Shown here: piece by piece, positions 61,154 to 64,000 of the stretch | How positions within the stretch are numbered: position 1 is the stretch's first letter | Layout of the letters: the number at the start of each line of letters is the position of its first letter | NCBI GenBank assembly: GCA_963725865.1 | Contig: CAVSAC010000019.1 | Location: forward strand, 138,320-202,319 | DNA from: Candidatus Eiseniibacteriota bacterium | GTDB lineage: Bacteria > Eisenbacteria > RBG-16-71-46 | DNA: 64,000 nucleotides | Reading direction: 5' to 3' | Position numbers and translations under genes: made by a program | Notes under the pieces: model-generated | The model's database searches: none | The model's input: the letters and a program-made list of their open reading frames with translations, nothing else | Told to the model about the DNA's origin: nothing

Positions 61154-62754
61154 TCAGCGGACGCTCCGGATGGCGATGACGATCGTCGCGACCTGAGCGA
61201 GCGCGGTCAGGACTTCTCTCGACTGCTGCCACGCCGTGACGTCGTTGCGCTCTGGCACCCAGATGAAGTCGCCTGGATCCAGCGTGCGGACGTCCTTCGC
61301 CAGCAGCGTCTGCCCGGTCACGGCGCGGGTGACCCGCACCTTGCCGCGCCAGGCGCGGTTCGTGAATCCGCCAGCCTGCGCCACGCAGTCACTCACGCTC
61401 TGGCCGCGCACGTAGTTCAGGAGGCCGGGGCGGCGGACCTCGCCGTCGATGCGGACCGACGATACCAGGCGATCGACCCGCACGATGTCCCCGTCGCGGA
61501 GCAGCAGGTCGAGCGTGGAATTCTCCTGCAGACGCGCCCAGTCCACCCGGTAGTCCTCGCGCAGCCCCGCGAGCTTGGTGCGCAGCACTTCGTACTCGCT
61601 CGCGGTCAGCTCGTTCCGCGACAACCGCAGCAGCCGATCGAGCTCCGGGTCCTTCTCGGCCGCGACGGTGCTGCTGCGATGCACGCGCAGGGACGAGAGG
61701 TCAGCGCCCGGCTGGAATCCCTCGGCCGCGGCCACCAAATCCCGCAGCCGCGTGCGGCCCTCGACAATGGGGTACGAGCCGGGGCGCTGGATCTCGCCGA
61801 CGATCATGGCCTGGTGCTGCAGCCGGTACTTGGGCTCGAAGTAGACGTAGAGCCGTTCGGCGTCCTCGAGCGGGAAGTTTGAGCGTCCCGCCACCACGTC
61901 GTCGAAGCTCACCCACAGCGACTCGGACTCGACACGGTTCCGGAAGCGCACGACCAGCATGCGTTCGGTGACCGCGGCCGGCAGCGGATCGCCCGACAGC
62001 CGCAGCAGCGTGCGCAGGCTGTCGCGCTGGCCGAGCTCGTAGCGCCCCGGGCGTGCGACCGCGCCCTCCACGTGCACGAAGCGCGTGGCGGTGGGGACCT
62101 GGACGACGTCGCCGTCGCGCAGCCATGGGTTGAATGTGTTGCTGCCGGTCTGCAGGAACAACTCGAGGTCACAGTAGTCGCGACTGCCGTCGGAGTGCAG
62201 CACCTCGATGCTTCGCTGCGAGGCGCCATCGAGCATCATCCCGCTCGTGAGTACGTCGCCTACCCGATACGATCCGTTCGCGGCCGACGGGCCAGGGCTG
62301 CGGACCTGGCCGGTCAGGTAGACGCGGAACGTCCGCGGTCGGGCGAGTCTGACGTCCGCGTCGATGCTGCGGTATCGGCGATGGGTGCGCTGCAGGAGGT
62401 CCGCACGCACCTCGGCGAGCGTGCGCCCGGCCACCGACACGAGGCCCTCGTCGGGAAGCAGGACGGATCCCTCGGGCCCTACCTCGAGGGGGATGTTTCG
62501 CGACACTTGGCCGCGAAGTGTCAGCAGCAGCAGATCGCCGGGCCCGACGCGATAGGCGGCCGGGTCGACCGGACCGGCCAGTTCGGTCGCCGGTCGCAGT
62601 GACACCGGGATCGTGTCGCGCCCTGCCCGGGCCGCACGCATCAACATTTCGGCCTCGAGCCGAGGAGATTCGTCCTGATACTGCGCTCACGCCGGGACCC
62701 AGGCACCGCCAGGGCGAAACTCACGAGGGTGCAGGTAACGGCGCGGCGGATCAC
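61154..62754 (-). CDS. Wza-like polysaccharide export protein with multiple SLBB domains (N-terminal frameshift near 62690)
   Basis: YRVGPGDLL, VYLTGQVRSPG, GAVARPGRY, GEIQRPGSY, GEVRRPG, PGDFIWVP; the signal-peptide segment from GTG 62754 (overlapping the rfbB stop) is in another frame. Confidence 0.88.
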
Positions 62755-63803
62755 GCGCGCACCTCCTTCAGCACCTTGCGCTGGCCGTACATCCGCTCGT
62801 AGTAGGCGCGGAACTCTCCCTGCTTGATCGGGCGCCACCACGATTCGTTCTGCTGGAACCACTGCACGGTCTGCCAAATCCCCTCCTCGAACGGGATGCG
62901 TGGCCGCCAGCCGGTGACCCGCGTGAGCTTGCTCGAATCCACCGCGTAGCGACGGTCGTGGCCGGGGCGGTCCTCGACGTGGCGGATCAGCGTGCGGGGT
63001 CGCTCGAGCAGGCGCAGCAGCGTGTCGGTGATGGTGAGCACGTCGAGTTCGTGCTGGGCGCCGATGTTGAACGTCTCGCCCTCGATGCCGGGGTGCTGCA
63101 GCAGCGTGACGAGGGCGGCGCAGTGATCCTCGACGTGGAGCCAGTCCCGGCGGTTGAGCCCGCTCCCGTAGACCGGCAGCGGCTCGCTGTCGATCGCGTT
63201 GGTCACGAAGAGCGGCACCAGCTTCTCGGGGTACTGGCGCGGCCCGTAGTTGTTCGAGCAGCGGGTCACCACGACGGGGAGGCCGTAGGTGCACCAGTAG
63301 GCGTAGGCGAGCCGATCGCCGCCCGCCTTGCTCGCCGCATAGGGCGAACGCGGATTCAGCGGCCAGTCCTCGGTCGAGTGGCCTTCGAGCACCTCGCCGT
63401 ACACCTCGTCGGTGGACACCTGGATGAAGCGCTTCACGCCGCGCCGGCGGGCCTCCTCGGCCAGCACGAACACGCCGTACACGTCGGTCTGGATGAACTC
63501 GCCGGGGGTCTCGATCGAGCGGTCGACGTGCGACTCGGCGGCGAAGTTCAGCACCACGTCGCAGCCGTCCATCGCCCGCGCCACTGCCTGCGGATCGCGG
63601 ATGTCGCCGTGGATGAACGTGAGCTGGGCGGGGTCCAGCCCCTCGAGGTTCTCGCGCCGACCGGCGTAGGTGAGCGCGTCCAGCACCACCACGTGCGCGC
63701 GCGGGAAATGCGCGAGCACGTGGTGCGCGAAATTGGAGCCGATGAAGCCGGCGCCGCCGGTCACCAGGATGCGGGCGCTGTCGAGGCGGAGCGCCTCAGC
63801 CAT
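62751..63803 (-). CDS. rfbB: dTDP-glucose 4,6-dehydratase
   Basis: VTGGAGFIGSNF, DALTYAG, FAAESHVDRSI, STDEVYG, SPYAASKA, SNNYGPRQYPEKL, DRPGHDRRYA. Confidence 0.96.
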   Translation of the reverse strand: MAEALRLDSARILVTGGAGFIGSNFAHHVLAHFPRAHVVVLDALTYAGRRENLEGLDPAQLTFIHGDIRDPQAVARAMDGCDVVLNFAAESHVDRSIETPGEFIQTDVYGVFVLAEEARRRGVKRFIQVSTDEVYGEVLEGHSTEDWPLNPRSPYAASKAGGDRLAYAYWCTYGLPVVVTRCSNNYGPRQYPEKLVPLFVTNAIDSEPLPVYGSGLNRRDWLHVEDHCAALVTLLQHPGIEGETFNIGAQHELDVLTITDTLLRLLERPRTLIRHVEDRPGHDRRYAVDSSKLTRVTGWRPRIPFEEGIWQTVQWFQQNESWWRPIKQGEFRAYYERMYGQRKVLKEVRA

Positions 63804-64000
63804 CCTGCCGACTCCGATCGCGCGGGAGGCGCGGGTCGTACGGCGCGCCCCGGAACTCGTCGGCGCACCGCTCGCGCCTCCGCAGGCTCACACCGTCGAT
63901 CATCGTGCCTTCCTCGCGCGCGCGCGCTTGGGGCGGGCGCCCGGCCGGCCGCGACCCACGCCGACGTGGGTGAGTCCGGCGGCCTCGACCGCCTGCGGAT

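Overview
Very GC-rich bacterial DNA with genes mostly on the minus strand. It is probably from Ca. Eisenbacteria or a related FCB-superphylum candidate lineage; this is inferred from the many FlgD-Ig/T9SS-like C-terminal domains and a WGxIKxLYR tail. Four blocks are visible. (1) 1-11.9 kb: short-chain acyl-CoA metabolism (thiolase, 3-hydroxybutyryl-CoA dehydrogenase, two acyl-CoA dehydrogenases, a FIST protein) and a split B12 acyl-CoA mutase with isobutyryl-CoA-mutase-type residues; its MeaB chaperone lies 14 kb away. (2) 12-33.4 kb: a secretome region with a translationally coupled ECF sigma / membrane Ser-Thr kinase (DUF4384-like) / secreted TPR-CHAT protease cassette, a GGFW-motif protein + phage-fibre-like protein + M4 protease unit, several repeat proteins sharing a C-terminal sorting-like domain, and an M23 peptidase. 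(3) The khpA-rimM-trmD and rplS-rnhB-yraN genes, split apart and interleaved with (4) a large Wzx/Wzy-type surface-glycan locus (37-64 kb). Several genes carry frameshifts that look like assembly indels. No rRNA, tRNA, CRISPR array or mobile element was recognised. All family calls come from motif recognition by eye; no searches were run.
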